Origin: Eledone cirrhosa
Lineage: Eukaryota
Direction: 5' to 3'
DNA length: 64,000 nucleotides
Assembly: GCA_964016885.1 (NCBI GenBank)
Contig: OZ024741.1
Span: forward strand, 139,562,001-139,626,000
Made by a program: the position numbers and the translations under genes
The notes under the pieces: generated by a model
What the model was told of the DNA's origin: nothing
Seen by the model: only the letters and a program-made list of their open reading frames with translations
Database searches by the model: none
Part shown: one piece after another, positions 44,369-58,702 of the stretch
How positions within the stretch are numbered: the stretch's first letter is position 1
Layout of the letters: the number at the start of each line of letters is the position of its first letter

Positions 44369-45058
44369 ATTTGTGTGTGTGTGTGTGTGTATATATATTT
44401 GAGAAGAAAATCTTTTAGATACATTAAATTGATTAAAAGAGGAAAAGTAAAGAAATAAACAACTTATATTTATATTCACTTTTTACTAATGCATTTTTTA
44501 TTGTCAGTTCCTATTCGACAGAAATTAAAAGATTCTTCGTCTTATGACACTTTGATTTATTAACGGCTTATCTTTTCTTAAAGTATCTATTTCCCTTTAA
44601 TATCATCCATTTAACAGTGATATATTTGTCTATTCCTGGCGGAAAAGTAAAACGCTTTTTGTGTACGAGATAAGTAACTGCCTTCTGACACTATATGTTC
44701 TTATATTGAATGTAAAGAAGTAAAATATATATCTTTGATTATGTCCCTCCGACAATAACCCATAATAATCACTAAAATTGGACTTTATAATAAACTTATT
44801 TTTTCACAGATGATGATTTTTCGTTTTTCATATCAAATTACACCATAATGCGCGTGTGTGTTGAAAATATACTGTACTCTACTAGAATTACTAAAACTAC
44901 CAGCCAATCCAAGAATATTTACTAATTCTCTTAACTTAATCTCATCTGTATATATGTTTATTACATATATTATTACCACAAGTAGTTTTATGCAAATTCA
45001 TATATTTTATTATCTATTATTTATGATGTCAATATATGTGGACATAAACGTTTAATAA

Positions 45059-45126
<68 letters not shown>

Positions 45127-46866
45127 CGTAGTATGTCTGACGTAAATATATTTAACAGACCTAACATTTCTTTAGAGATATTAAAATTATTGTCTGTTTA
45201 GACATGTGAAGTTGAAGCTGTCTTGATGTTTGAGTGATATACAATTAAATTCAGCTGTTTTAACTGCAAATTATTTCATTCAATAAGAATATTTTTATGA
45301 ATTATTGTTATACATCATTTCGTCCATTTGAAACAAATCGGTGCTTGGCTCTATGCGACAAAACGTTTTTACATTGTAACATAATCACGCTTATCTAAAA
45401 CATACCACCACACTCCTATCCAATACATCTTGTTAACTTATGCTCTCATCACTAGATAAATAATTAGAAAGATATTTATTTTAATATATCCCACCTCATT
45501 CATTATTATTCTCAAAATTATATCAAAATCCTAGGTCGTGTGTTCCATTAGAAATACGGTCACGAGAATGGAAAATAATCGATTTATAATCAATAATTTA
45601 GGTTAAGGCGTAATTATAATTGTTGGTGAAAATAATATTTCTGTGATTGGGTTTATAGTTAAGTTAAAGGAATAATATTTGTAATGTATCTCTACTAGTA
45701 CAATTCGCTTATGAGTGTTTGGTGGTGATTTAACAAAGAAAAATTATAGTGGCTATTGGACAGTAACTTATCTCACTTTCAATAGAAAGATATATTACCT
45801 ACTTAACGTATGCGATTGGTCTTTTATTTGGACTGCTGACCATCAAATTATCTATAATGATGAAAAGGTTTTTCCTTGTAATTCAATATGGAGGGTATTT
45901 GCAATTTTTTGTTTGTAACCTTTATGTCTCGTCTAAATCATCGGTTGATAATGACTACATCACAATTTACGAAATAGATTTCCATAATACGGACATCAAC
46001 AGTCTACACACGTGATATCGAACTTGTCTATTGGTGAAATCGATAACCATAAAATGTATAACACATTAAACATCTATCCAAGTAACTTAAACAACATCAT
46101 TATGGCGGACAGGGACACAAATTACTTGAGGAATGTTGGTGACATACGATGATTAACTGAAATAGCCATTAGTCAGTCACGAATTACATACTTGGGTTTC
46201 TGAACAAGATGTTTGTCTATGAGGGTTTAATTCACAGATGGGCGTTGTTTAGCGAAAAAAGATGTTCATTGTTTATAAACGACTAGGACAGGATTACTGT
46301 AAACCTTCTGTCACAGATAAGAATCCAAAGAAGAATGTAAAGAAGAGTTTCATAATAGATTTAATTGCATACTTAAGCTGCCGAATTGGCATAGTTGTTA
46401 CAAAGTTAGATACATTGATTTGCAGTGATTGATTGTTCTGGCACCTTGCGGTCTAAATTCAAATTCCAACGTACCGAAATGTAACTTCCATTATTTCACA
46501 TTTCGTAATGTTCTAGTCCGATATAGGACCCGATTGTTCTCTCTTTTTTCCTTCACTTCATAAAAAAAAATACATACATACTTCCTTCACCTCAGGTAGA
46601 AACCAGATATGTTCCAGCCTTGAGAAGGTTGGGCTTCTCAAGTTTAAAATGCCCTGGTAAGATAGAAAGCGCCCTAGGATTGTACCGGGAATCCATGGTC
46701 CATAGAATTAATTAGTTATATGATATCAAAGAAATCTATATTTTCTGTGTGCTAGATGCAAAGCACATATAATACATTAATAATAACGATATAAACTGAG
46801 AGAACACGCCCGAAGTTGGTAGTTAACCATATGCAGCAAAATAGGCACACTCACACACATACACTC

Positions 46867-46918
<52 letters not shown>

Positions 46919-47002
46919 AAAAGTTAAACAGAAATAACAACACAATCGGTATAGTAAATGGAAGAAATATATTAGGTTAAGGCTTGAAATAACAGGAAGA
47001 GG

Positions 47003-47040
47003 GTCTTAATGTTTTGGACGCTAGCCCTTCATCAGAAAAA
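47003..47040 (-). ncRNA. Decayed minimal hammerhead motif
   Basis: TTTT-CTGATGA-agggc tagc gtcc-AAAA-ca-TT-AAG. Both departures from GAAA-cg-TT are CG>CA changes. It lies next to a microsatellite. Confidence 0.45.
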
Positions 47041-47560
47041 AAGAATGAGAAATGTTTTAGAGAAAAAATACAAGTCCAATCATGTTGCCATCTCTTGGAT
47101 AACTGTTGATGCTGGCGTTTTGTGTACAATACACCTCTTTAGAAAAGTGGATGATGGAGTGCGTCTACCTATACATGTTTCGGGCGATTGCTCTATATAT
47201 TAAAACTTACGTCATTACACACATATATGAAGTATAAAATGAAACAATAACAGATTTCGTAAATTTTGATTTTGTTCATGGAAAATAAATTTTGAATTTT
47301 TACATAAGCTAATCGATATAGCAACACAGACTTGGATATTGCATTCCTATAAACACTCCAGTTATAAAGAATATCTCGAGAAACATAAATGTTCTCTGTA
47401 AACAGAATAAAAACAGATTATATATAGAAATACACATGGAAATTTAGCATATACGCCTCTGTGAGTGGCACGAGTTTATATGATTATATGAATATATATG
47501 TCCTTCTCTCTGTTTCTTTCTCTCTGTCTATTGTATATTCTACACGCACACACACACAGA

Positions 47561-47653
<93 letters not shown>

Positions 47654-48561
47654 ATATATAGAAATACATTTTACAGCTCACACGCAAAATATGTCAACGT
47701 TAATGTTCATTACAATTATTTCTTGCTTTCTAGTCCTATCTCAGTTTTAACCAGGTTTATCAGGCGAAAATATTAAAGTGTTAAAAGAAAATATATATTT
47801 AGGATTGTGAAACTTAATACATACGTACGTCTATGGCTCTTCCAGCGCATCTCCCTTACCATCCTCCGGGGAAACACCTTCTCCATCCTGTCTGCCGAGG
47901 CTGTGTGTAGGCCAGCACGTGAACCCGATTTGCTCACCGTATTTTGCTTAAGAACATAACACACAACCCAGTGTAGAAATCGAACCACTAGGCCATGCGC
48001 CTGTTTAGACGGAGGTTGTATACTTACCTCCACTTTCTCAATGTAACTCATCTATAGACTGTTGCTATAGTTACCTTTGAGATGAAAATTTAAACTATTA
48101 ACCATGATAATTTAATCTATTCACTATTAATTTATATTTAATTTCTAAACAAAGATATCATAAACATATTGATTCCTGTACATTAAGAATTATATACATT
48201 TAGAGCTATTCCCTTTCTTCACTATATATACTGTTTGGGACTCACTCACTCTATTTGAGTAGTTGTATATCTTCAGCTGTTGATATTATTTGTAAATTAT
48301 AGGACGTCAGAGTTCTCAGAATTATATGGGAATTGATGCATGCTGTGAGGTTTTTTTCTTTTCAGTAAAAGTCCTGGTAATATCGGTTTTAACACATAGT
48401 AGAGATTAGATGGGCTACGGAATGTAAGGTATGTTGTCATGACTCCATGGTCCGAAACAAATATTTACACACACACATTCAAACAAATACACCTATATAT
48501 ATCGCTAGATGTTTGTATGTGTGTATGCATAGTATATTATAGACGTACACAGATACATGCT

Positions 48562-48631
<70 letters not shown>

Positions 48632-49659
48632 TCCTGTGGTGCTGATACAGGAGATACCACTAATCATGACTCAAAAGTCGAAACCACTTGATGTCGAAGT
48701 CGTGATTTATATATATATATAATACGTGTTAATAAAACAAAATATAAAAAAATGCGGTTGTACTCACTTGTTTATGTGGTGACAATAATTATCTAATGTC
48801 TAAAAAGAGAAGAATATATATTTAAAAATATATATTTAAAAAATGCTGAGAATAAATCGTGTCACTTCTAACAAATACGATATATACAATCTTGACAGTT
48901 TAATATTCACAACTTGAATGGTTATTTATCTAAGATTTATATTCTACTTATTACATATATTGTCTAACAAAACATTTGCCGATAATCATTATAATTCAAT
49001 TACTGTCGATAATATAATTGTCTACTCACGATTGGTGCTTTGTTCAACACTGCGCATTGTAATTATATTTTTACTATGCAAGTATTGTTTTCTTTAACTT
49101 TGGTTTTATCCTCAAACTAAATTACTTTTGTTTGTTTGTCAAAACTTGTGCCTACCGCTGCAGGCGTTTTTTGAACTACAGAAAGTAACTAATGCTATTG
49201 TTTTGTAGATAATTGATATTTAGAAATATAGCTTGCATTACTTTTCTGCTGACATAATTTAATGTGAAGGTAGATAATGCGATGTAGCAAATTCGTTAGA
49301 ACGTCTGATAGAATACTCTATGTTATTTGTTTTGGTTCTATGCAATTCAAAATCAATTACCCGAGGGATTCACTTTACATTTCATTCCAGGTCTGTATCT
49401 CAAATTCCTTAAGTTTCACTCACGATTTGCCTTTCTTTCTAGTTCTTTTGAATATACCGGTTGTGTTACGACATGGTGGTGTTTAAGGTCATGGTTGAGC
49501 CACTACGACTTGAACAAGCGTTGAGTAATAGAAACACGTTGGATCATTAAACTGATATATAGCATATGTTCTAATGGCAACAACATTACTAAATAAATTA
49601 TTTCTGGAAACGTCTTCTTCTTCTCCTTCTTCTTCTTCTTCTCCTTCTTCTTCTTAAGA

Positions 49660-50575
49660 GACAAGAATGGCCCATATGAATGGATCTACCCTGATCGTAT
49701 GCCTGTAGCATTGTGGGAGAACAACTGGGAGAAGGCGTTTGCCCTAGCTGTCAGGGTGGCAGTGGCTTTTGTCTGCTTTCTCCACGAGAATATCACGTCT
49801 GTTGGCGTTGATTGTTCTGTCATTATTCACAGGGAATTCCTAGAGGATGGTAACGTTCTCGCTTCCTGTTACTGCATCTTGGTGATGGTCGGACTATTTC
49901 CTCTCCGTTTTCAGACGATAAGATCTGCACATTACCCAGTGTAAGTATTGCCCAACTCTATCATGCATCGTTTTATATCATGGTCTTCACACAATCGACA
50001 CTTTTGTTTGATTCCATTTTTCATCTGCCCTTGCCTGTTAAAGGAGACTGACATGAAGTTCCCCCCCCCCTTTAATTAGGAAGAAGGTACAGGCAGTTTT
50101 TATCTGCCTGGTGGGCATGGTTCAAAAGATGCTATGGAGGATGCGTCTGAAAGGGTTGAAGACGGTCAAATTCCTTTTTGCCGAGGCTCTCATTAACTTT
50201 GTCAGGTTTTACCTGAAAAGGAAAATCCAGCTACTTTATTGACAAGTGGGTGTGCCAGGCAAGAATGGCCCGTGAAAATGACCCTGCGCTGTGCACGTGC
50301 ATGTAGGATTGTGGGAGAACAACTTGGACAAGTCACTTGCCCTAGCGTTCTGGGTGACAGTAGCTTTTGAGGGCTTTCTCCTCGAGTAAAACACAGTTGT
50401 GGTCATCCCTCTATTAGGGATTTCCCTTTGTTTACTTTTTTTTTGTTACATCTTTTGTTTACCTTTCCTTTCATTTTATACACGCAGACCCATATTTGTA
50501 CCGTTCTGTACCCGCCTGTGCTGTCCATAATGTAATTTTTGTAAACCGTTTTGTAACTAATTAAGAAATCATCAT
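49660..50575 (+). mobile_element. Old Tx1-clade LINE 3'-end fragments (two)
   Basis: AGAATGGCCC...GGGAGAACAAC... at ~49665 and ~50260. 50050-50570 is collinear with 53790-54310. Confidence 0.7.
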
Positions 50576-50589
50576 TATTATTGTTGTTT

Positions 50590-50706
50590 TTCTGGGTTTG
50601 TTTACTTGATGTCTCAGTCATTGACGTTATTCAACCGGAATAATTTAACTATTAAATATCAAGCTGCTACGCGTAGACTCGGATAATCAGGAAGTATCGG
50701 AGGGTA
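50590..50706 (-). mobile_element. Short 3'-end fragment of the R4/Dong family
   Basis: GTCTCAGTCATTGA...AATATCAAGC...TCAGGAAGTATCGGAGGGT matches 54360-54455. Confidence 0.75.
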
Positions 50707-50714
50707 ATTTCTGA

Positions 50715-53700
50715 AACATAGATGTGGTGGCCATCAGCGAGACCAGAATCTCCGAGGCAGGGGCCTCCGCACCGATTTTTGGCGGCTACGATGTGTACGC
50801 ATCTCCCAGCCGTCCTGGATCGAAGGGATGAGTTGCTGTGCTTTTTTGGAAAGGTTTGGATCTCGCCATACGGCCCATCTTCCTGGACCCAGAAGATAAG
50901 TTGGTGGTGCGGAACGTGACCAGCGGAGACGGGCAAGTTTTCAGGCAAGTGGCCGTCTATGCCCCGACACGAGCAGGGCGGCTTGATTTCTTCCGGCGTC
51001 TGGAGACCTTTCTTGGAACGTCCCGCTCTTTAGTGTTAGTGGGCGACTGGGACGGGATCTTAGATGCACGCTGGGACTGTGTGGGATTAGCGGATAGGGG
51101 AGGAGGGTGTAAGAGCCTCACCAACCTGCTCCGGCGTTTTGAACTGTCTGACAAACCGCATCGGGTCATCCAGATCATATCTAGATAGAGTATTTTGTAT
51201 GGAAATAGATAGGACTAGCATAGGCTGTCCACAATTCAAGATAGTCAGCTAAACGGACCACAAATTCCTGATCTGTGTGGTTGACTTAGATAGGCTTCAG
51301 AGACAAGGATCCGACTACTGGAAACTAAACGCATCCTTACCAGCGCGCAAGGCCTACATAGATCGGATTAGCAAACTAGGAATCGTGACCGACGTATTTG
51401 CGGCGAAATTGGCACTTGACCAATTCTTCAATGCAAAGCACGAAGGCTGCGTTGTCAGAGCTAGGGTGCGTGCTCACAGACACGAGTGGGCGAAAGCCGT
51501 TCAATGGGTCCGAGTGGCGGAGGCGCGTCGTGGCAACAAAGCCACGATCCGGTCTTTGGTGGACCACGACGAGCGCATGCTACTCGATCTCGGGCAAATG
51601 TGGGAAGCTTTTCAGCGACACTTCGCTCAGCTGTTCGGGGGCACCGGCGGGCCGGATCGGAGGATGGACTTTGGCGTTTATCTCGACGGACTGCCGCGTC
51701 TCTCGGCCGCTGAGGCGGAGTGTTGCGAAAAGCCGATAACAGCAGCTGAAATAGGGGATGCAATGACTGGCTGCACAAGGGGTAAATCGCCTGGTTTGGA
51801 TGGTCTGCCCTATGAATTTTACGTACAAATGCCAGACTTGTTAGGAGGCCTCTTGGCGGACGTCTACTGCAACTGGCAACAGAAGGGGAGAATTCCCAGC
51901 TCTATGAGCCGGAGAGCTGTGGCGCTGCTGAGAAAGGATCCGAATAAGGGGGATAACATAGATAATTTCAGGCCCATAACTCTGCTAAACACAGAGTTCA
52001 AGATTTTGGCCTAGGTGCTAGCAAGGAGGTTGGCGCTTGTCGTTGGTGATCTGGTGGGAGAGGCGCAGTCGTGCGCCATTCCCGACAGATCCGTCCACGA
52101 CAACCTCCACCTAATGCGATACATCGTAGAGAAGGTAGGTAGGGAACCTGGCACGGGTGGGTCCTTGATCAATTTAGATCAGTCGAACGCTTACGATAGG
52201 GTCGACCATCGTTACCTAGCGGCAGTCCTGAGGGCGGCTGGCTTTGGGCCCGTCTTCAGAGGCTGGATCGCTGCCATGCACAGCTACATCTGCTCTGTGG
52301 TGAGAGTGAACGGTCACCTTTCGGAACCGTTGAACATCATGCGCTCGGTCCACCAAGGATGTCCCCTCTCGTCCCTGTTGTACGTGTTGACTCTCGAGTC
52401 ATTACTGCACAAACTGGAGACGTTGATGGGGTCCCGCGCGAACTAGGATGCGGAAGATCCGTGTCAGCATATGCGGACGATGTGCCCATAGTGGTGTCGA
52501 ACTCCAAACACATCGAGGCGATCGGCACTACACTAAGAGAATACGAAGCGGTGACAGGAGCAATGATCAACCAGGAAATGTCAGTGGGCCTGCAGCTCCC
52601 CACCTGGAGAGGCAGGTTCATGCCGTCCAACAGCGTCGTCGGGCGCTGGACGGACGGACCGGTTAAATTGCTAGGGGTCTGGTTCGGTCCGGAACTCCAG
52701 ACTAACAAAAACTGGGACGAGGTGACGAGCAGGGTAGCTTCTCTCACCCAGAAATCGGTGGAGAGGAAGCTATCCCTGAAAGGTCGAGCGGAGGGGGCTA
52801 ACGCGTACGTCGCGTCCGTCATCTACTACCGCCTGACCGTCGTACCTTGTCCTAAGCCCCGCCTGACTGCGCTGGAGCGTTTGCTCTTTCGCTTTTTGTG
52901 GAAGGGACACGCTCAAATGGTCAGGGGGTCCATCTGCTGTCAACACCCGCTAGGTGGAGGGCCGGGCATGCCGTGGCTGATGATGCGCAGACACGCGCTC
53001 AGGCTACGACATCTCCACCTCTTCCTCGACGGTGATCAGGTGTGGTTGCCGTTTGCTAGACACGTCTTTCCCCAGCTCGTCGCTGCAGTCCTGGGTCAAG
53101 CGAAGACCGAGAGGGAGCGCTTGGGGACTGGAATGTCTTCAGGCGCTCACAACCCTCGACCAATCGGGCAATGTGATCGGTTTAGTTGGAGACGTACTTG
53201 GAGAAACTCTAGGCGTCGACGAAAATCAACTAGCCAATCTATGGCAAGTATGGCCCGAGTGAATGGGCCTACTCTGAGTATGTGTCAGGAAATTAAAGGT
53301 GGAAAACTGGGAGAGGGCACTTGCCTTGGTGGTCAGGGTCACTGTGGCCTTTTACTGGGCTTTCTCCACAAATCTCCCTCCGAAGTCTCCCCCTATTGGC
53401 GAATTTTTCATTGTTATTTTTTTATTACATCCTCTGTTTTTGTTCTTTACACGCAGAAATGCCCATTTGCACCGTCCTGTATTGTCCTGCACTGTCCTTA
53501 ATGTCAACTATCCAATCTCTTCGGAAGAACTTTCGGGCCGGGGCCTATGGACAACTTCCAGAAACCTTTGGCCTGGCAGTGCTACCGAGGAGCCTTGCCA
53601 GTTCGAGATAAACTCTACAGGCATGGAGGTCCCGTCAGCCGGGCATGTCCGAGATGCGCGCAGGGCGACGGAACCGTCCTGAACGCACTCGTCCAGTGTA

Positions 53701-54311
53701 CGAAAATTGCTGACTTGTGGGTTTATGTCGAACACCTGCTGTCGCGTCTAGGACGGCTCCGGCTATCATCTGAGTCCATCGTGAGGATTGCCCCGCCCTC
53801 TTCCTTTAGCCGGGAAGGGCAGGTAGTTTTTATCTGTCTGGTGGCCATGGCGAAAGACATAGTATGGTGGACACGTTTGAAAGGGCTGAAGACGAGCACT
53901 TACCTCTTCGGTGATGCCCTGATTGACTTTTTCAAATTTCATTTGAAAAGAAAAATCAGGGTAGAGAGGGAAGTGCTCTCTTCCCAGAATTTTGTTGAAA
54001 GATGGGTGAGAGAAGCAAGAATGGCCCGAGTGAATGGGCCTACTCTGAGTATGTATCTGTAAATTAAAGGTGGAAAACTGGGAGAGGGCACTTTCCTTGG
54101 TGGTCAGGGTCACTGTGGCCTTTTACTGGGCTTTCTCCACAAATGCCGCTCCGAAGTCTCCCCCCTGTTGGAGAATGTTTCATTGTTATTTTTTGTTACA
54201 TCCTCTGCTTTTGTTTTTTACAGGCAGAAATGCCCATTTGTACCGTCCTGTATTGTCCTGTACTGTCCTTAATGTCTACTTTATGTAAACCCTTGTGGTT
54301 AATAAAGAAAA

Positions 54312-54346
<35 letters not shown>
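50715..54346 (+). mobile_element. Tx1-clade (L1 group) LINE, 5'-truncated, disrupted ORF2 (APE-RT-zf), (TTA)n tail
   Basis: LVGDWDG, PGLDGLPYEFY, FRPITLLNTEFKIL, QGCPLS, SAYADD and CPRC..H...C, with several stops, frameshifts and deletions. It is an inverted paralogue of 60088-64000. Confidence 0.93.
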
Positions 54347-54348
<2 letters not shown>

Positions 54349-57300
54349 ATTGTGCTTTGAGTCTCAGTCATTGATGTTAGTTAACTGGAAAGTTTGTTGA
54401 AATGAATATCAAGCCCTACCTGCAGCCTCAGATATTCAGGAAGTATCGGAGGGTTCTTGCTGTTCCCAGCAAGCATGCCTTTTGAAGCGTTCCAAAAAGC
54501 GTGGCGGGGCCAATTTTCTTTAACCATTCCTGGAAACTTTTTGAGATAGTACCTAGTGCGCCTATGACAATCGGGACCACTTTGACTACATGGCAGTTCC
54601 AAATACTTTTTACCTCCCACTTTAAGTCCTGATATCGATTAATTTTCTCCCTCTCCTTCTCTTGCACAGTTTCTTGTCCGTCTGTATCCTAAAATCCCAC
54701 AGCACCTTCACCTGATCATTTTCTATCACCGCCTCTGGCTTGTGCTCATACCACTTCTCAGAATGTGGTAAATTGTTTACTTTGCATAGGTGCCAGTGGA
54801 TCACCCTGCCCATCACATCATGTCTCCAGCCTTAATTAGTGAGTCTGGGCTAGGTGTTTACACTGGGATACAATGTGAGCCACAGTCTCCTCTCTCTCTC
54901 CACAGATCATGCACAGTGGGCTAGCCTCCTCCATGTAAATATGGTGTTTCAACCACTTCGTTTTGAGGGCGTGCTCTTGCGCAGCCATTAGCATTCCTTC
55001 TGTAGCCTTTTTAACGTCTCCTCTTTTGAACCAGTTCCATGTCTGTGGATCTCTGAATTCAGTTTTCTCAAAGAAGGTACTATGAAGGGATTTTTCATGA
55101 AGGCTGATCTTTCTCCTTGATGTTATTTCCTCCTTGGACTTCCCCTGGCCTATTGTCCCCTCCTTCAGTACAGTTCTGAGCATTGGCTCCTTACTATCAG
55201 TCACGTATTTGTGTAGGTTGTTTTTTTCCATCTCAACACAGTCTTCTATGCTGATAAGACCTCTTCCACCCTCAGATCTCCTTAAGTAGAGTCTATCGAC
55301 ATCACTCCTCTTGTGGAACATATTGTAGATGGTCAATAGCTTCCTTGTCTTCCTATCCATTTCTGTTTGTTCAGCAACATTCCATCTCAGAATTCCCGCA
55401 CTGTACCTAATAATAGACACAGCTCGGGAATTTACTGCACTATGGCATTCCTACTGTTCAGATGTGACTTTAATACGGTCCTTACTCTCCGAAGGTATTC
55501 AGTTCTTATCAATTACTTCATTTTTTTGTTCTTGATGTCATCAGCCTCCAGACACCCAAAACTTGTATCCGTCTTCAGTGTCAATTTCCTTTACCATCTC
55601 ACCTGTTGGTACCTGGATTCCGATGCTTCTGATCAATTTACGCCTCTTCCTCACAAGGACTCCACACTTACTAATATCAAATTGCATACATATATCATTG
55701 CTGAAAATATGGACAGTGTCAACAAGCACATCCAACTTCTTCTCACTCTTCCCGAAGAGCTTAAGATCGTCCATGAAGAGGAGGTGATTGATGGTAAGCT
55801 CTCCCTTTCCCAACATGTATCCTGCTCTCACTTTTCGCAGTATAATGGTCAGGTGCATCAGGGCAAGGACAAACAACAGAGGGGATAGACTATCTCCCTG
55901 GAAGATACCTCTCTTGATCTTCACGCCTCCCAAGGATTCTCCAGCTGATGTTAACTCTGTTTTCCAGGACTTCATACATTTGCCCAACAACTGTCTGATG
56001 CTATCTGCCACCTTGAAGATCTCTAGGCTTTTGGGGATCAAAGAATGAGGCACCATGTCAAATGCCGTTTTGTAGTCTATCCATCCCATGGCAAGACCAG
56101 TGTGTCTCCTCTTGCAATTCCTCATTACCATCTTATCAATAAGTAACTGGTCCTTTGTACCACGGGACTTCTTTCGGCATCCTTTCTGTTCGTCCGGTAA
56201 CAAGTTGTTTGTGTGGAGGTGATGGTAGATTTCCTCAGACATAATGCTTGTCAACAGTTTCCACATTACGGACAGACATGTGATAGGTCTATAGTTGGTA
56301 ACATCATTACCCTTGATTCGGTCTTTCATTACCAGAATTCTAGTACCTTTTGTCAACCACTCTGGTACCTCACCTGACATCAAGCAGTCATTGAACATGG
56401 TTTTCAGTTTTGGGTGGAGGGATGTTATATTGTTTATCCAATACCCCTGCACACCATCTGGGCCTGGTGATTTCCAGTTAGTTAGTTTTTTGGCCTGCCC
56501 CTTAAGAGTTTCAACTGTGATACTCAAATCAGTTTGTTGGTGTGCCTGTTCACTAGTCTCCTTTTGTACTGTCTCGATCCACACTACCTGGTCATTATGT
56601 TTAACATCCTGCTCCCATATTCCTCTCCAGAATGTCTTAGTTTGTTCCGCCGCAGGGATCAAGTCGTTGCCTCTTTCTTTCTCTTCAAGCTGTCCAAACA
56701 GCATCTTCTGTTTGTTGTCAAACATGCTGTTCTGTCTATACTGACTGACTCTGCTCTCGTATCGCCTAATTTTTGCACTCTCTGCTACAATGCGTTGCTT
56801 CAGTTCCTCTATGATAATATTTAGCTTTTTCCTCCTAGTTTTGTTATTTATTTCCAGTCTATTTTTAGTGTCTATGTTTTTTATGTGTCCCATTCAGTAG
56901 GGACTCAAGCTTTTCAATGTCATTTCTCATTTCCCTGATTTGACCATTCAGTCGTTTATTCCACCAATGTTCTGATATTTCTTGTTTGTTGTTTCCTCTC
57001 GATTTTATGCCAAGTAATTTCCTCACCGCATTTGCTGTTGCTATGAGGATATTGTTGCACTGGTGAAGGCTCCTCACCTCAACGTATGGGATGACTTTGT
57101 TTACCTTAGCTGTTGTTACTTTTAACTCTTTCCTGTCTACAAATCTTAGATTCATAGGTTTCTCACTATCATTGTTCAATTCATCTACCACTAAGTTTAG
57201 GATATCAACCAAATCTTGTCCTAGCCCGTCAGCATTCATCTCCTCAATGGCCGTATCTCTGTACCAGGTATTATTTATTTCAACATTCAGATCATTGTCT

Positions 57301-57830
57301 GCTTAGGATGGTTCCTCCGTTCTCTCAACCTCTTCACCTTCATTTCCCACTGGCTCGTTTGCCTGGCATACTCCACTCTCCATTTCGAACCTACTCTCCC
57401 TGCTGAGTTCCTCCAGTTCCAGCTCGCTTATCCACCCATTAGTTCTTATTACCCGAGCCTGCCCGGCCAATTTTTGTTCATCTAATTTAAATAGACCAAT
57501 CTCGTTCCAGATGTTATGCATCCGTTTCCTATAGTCTTTCTCCTTGGGGTTACTCTTCAGGTAACATTGCATAACAGTTCTATTCAATTCTTTCGTCCAG
57601 TTGGTTCTTGTCGCTTTCCTTCTTCTTCTTCCTCCGACACCAACAGTATTTGGTTGACAGCCAGGTGCCTGCTGCTGAGCCAGGGAGCACCTGTTGGGTG
57701 AGAGTCTGTCACATGACATTCCAGCCTCCACTTCACCGTTATTCGAACTGTTTAGGTTCGACATTTAAACACTCTTATCGGGGATTGGTGAATGTATGGT
57801 TACATAACCACCGGTGATTTCATCACCCGT
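54347..57830 (-). mobile_element. R4/Dong-clade RLE non-LTR retrotransposon, near full length but disrupted (ORF ~57764 to 54428)
   Basis: WTKELN..VMQCY...YRKRMHNIW (R4 N-terminus), NWKSPGPDG, YRPITCL, EQKGCRKKSRGTKDQLLID, GIFQGDSLSPLLF, HLLFMDDLKL, CMICGEREETVAHIVSQC, WDFRIQTD, PIVIGALG and LQKACLLGTARTLR. The 3' end abuts (TAA)n. Confidence 0.92.
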
Positions 57831-58668
57831 GGTGATTTTAGTGTGGCACTATCACGCTGTAGACGAACATAAATAAACAAACAAACAAATATGTAAAAAA
57901 ACAAACAAATAGAATAAGCATAAGTTTCATTGTAATGTAATGTTTGAATGTCTGATTTAGTTTTTTTTTTGCCTTCTCTGTCTGTCTGTTTGTTTTTCTT
58001 TTCATTTTTCTTTTCTTTACATTATTTGTTGTTGCTCTGCTGTTCTGATTTTGATTTTTTTTTTTTCGATTTTTTGACCGTTCTTCAAATCAGTCTATTT
58101 ATATCTGTTGATGCCTTCCTCTTTTAGTGGGGACACTACGATGCATGTCTTAGCAGGAGGTAGTTGGAGAGAATAGCAGAGGTAGCGATAATAAGGCAGT
58201 GGTGGTGGTGATGTGATCGTAGTACTGTAGTGATGGTGTTGAAGTTGAAGTAGAAATAGAAGTTGCGGTAACTTGACTAGAGTTTTTGGCGTGGTAGTGG
58301 TGATGGTGGCGGTGGTGGTATTGGTGGTGAAATTATTTGCCTGTCTGTCCACTTAGCCATTTAGCTATTTAGCCATTTTGCCATTTTCCTCTTTTTCGAC
58401 TATAACATTTCTGATCCAAAATTAAATATTAAATACTGGGGCCCTATGCCGTAAAGTGATGCGTTATGGCTTGCTGAGCGTTAAAACTGTAATCTTATAC
58501 TTCATTTGTAATAAGAATTGTTGTTTTAAATAAGTTGTTTTAAATAAGTAAAAATAAGTAAAAATAAGTAAAATTAAGTAAAAATAAGTAAAAATCAAAA
58601 ACTTATGGTAGCGATTCCATAACGATATATATCCACCATGTGCGTTTTCTTCTTCTTAATTATTATTA

Positions 58669-58702
<34 letters not shown>

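Noticed and set aside
48655-48706. CTAATCA-tgact caaa agtc-GAAA...GTC, a possible decayed HHR
   Set aside because: Two core mismatches and weak stems I and III.
57770-57870. HDV-like ribozyme expected at the 5' end of R4-type elements
   Set aside because: Only a simple hairpin (GGTGAT/ATCACC) is visible and I could not assign a nested double pseudoknot.
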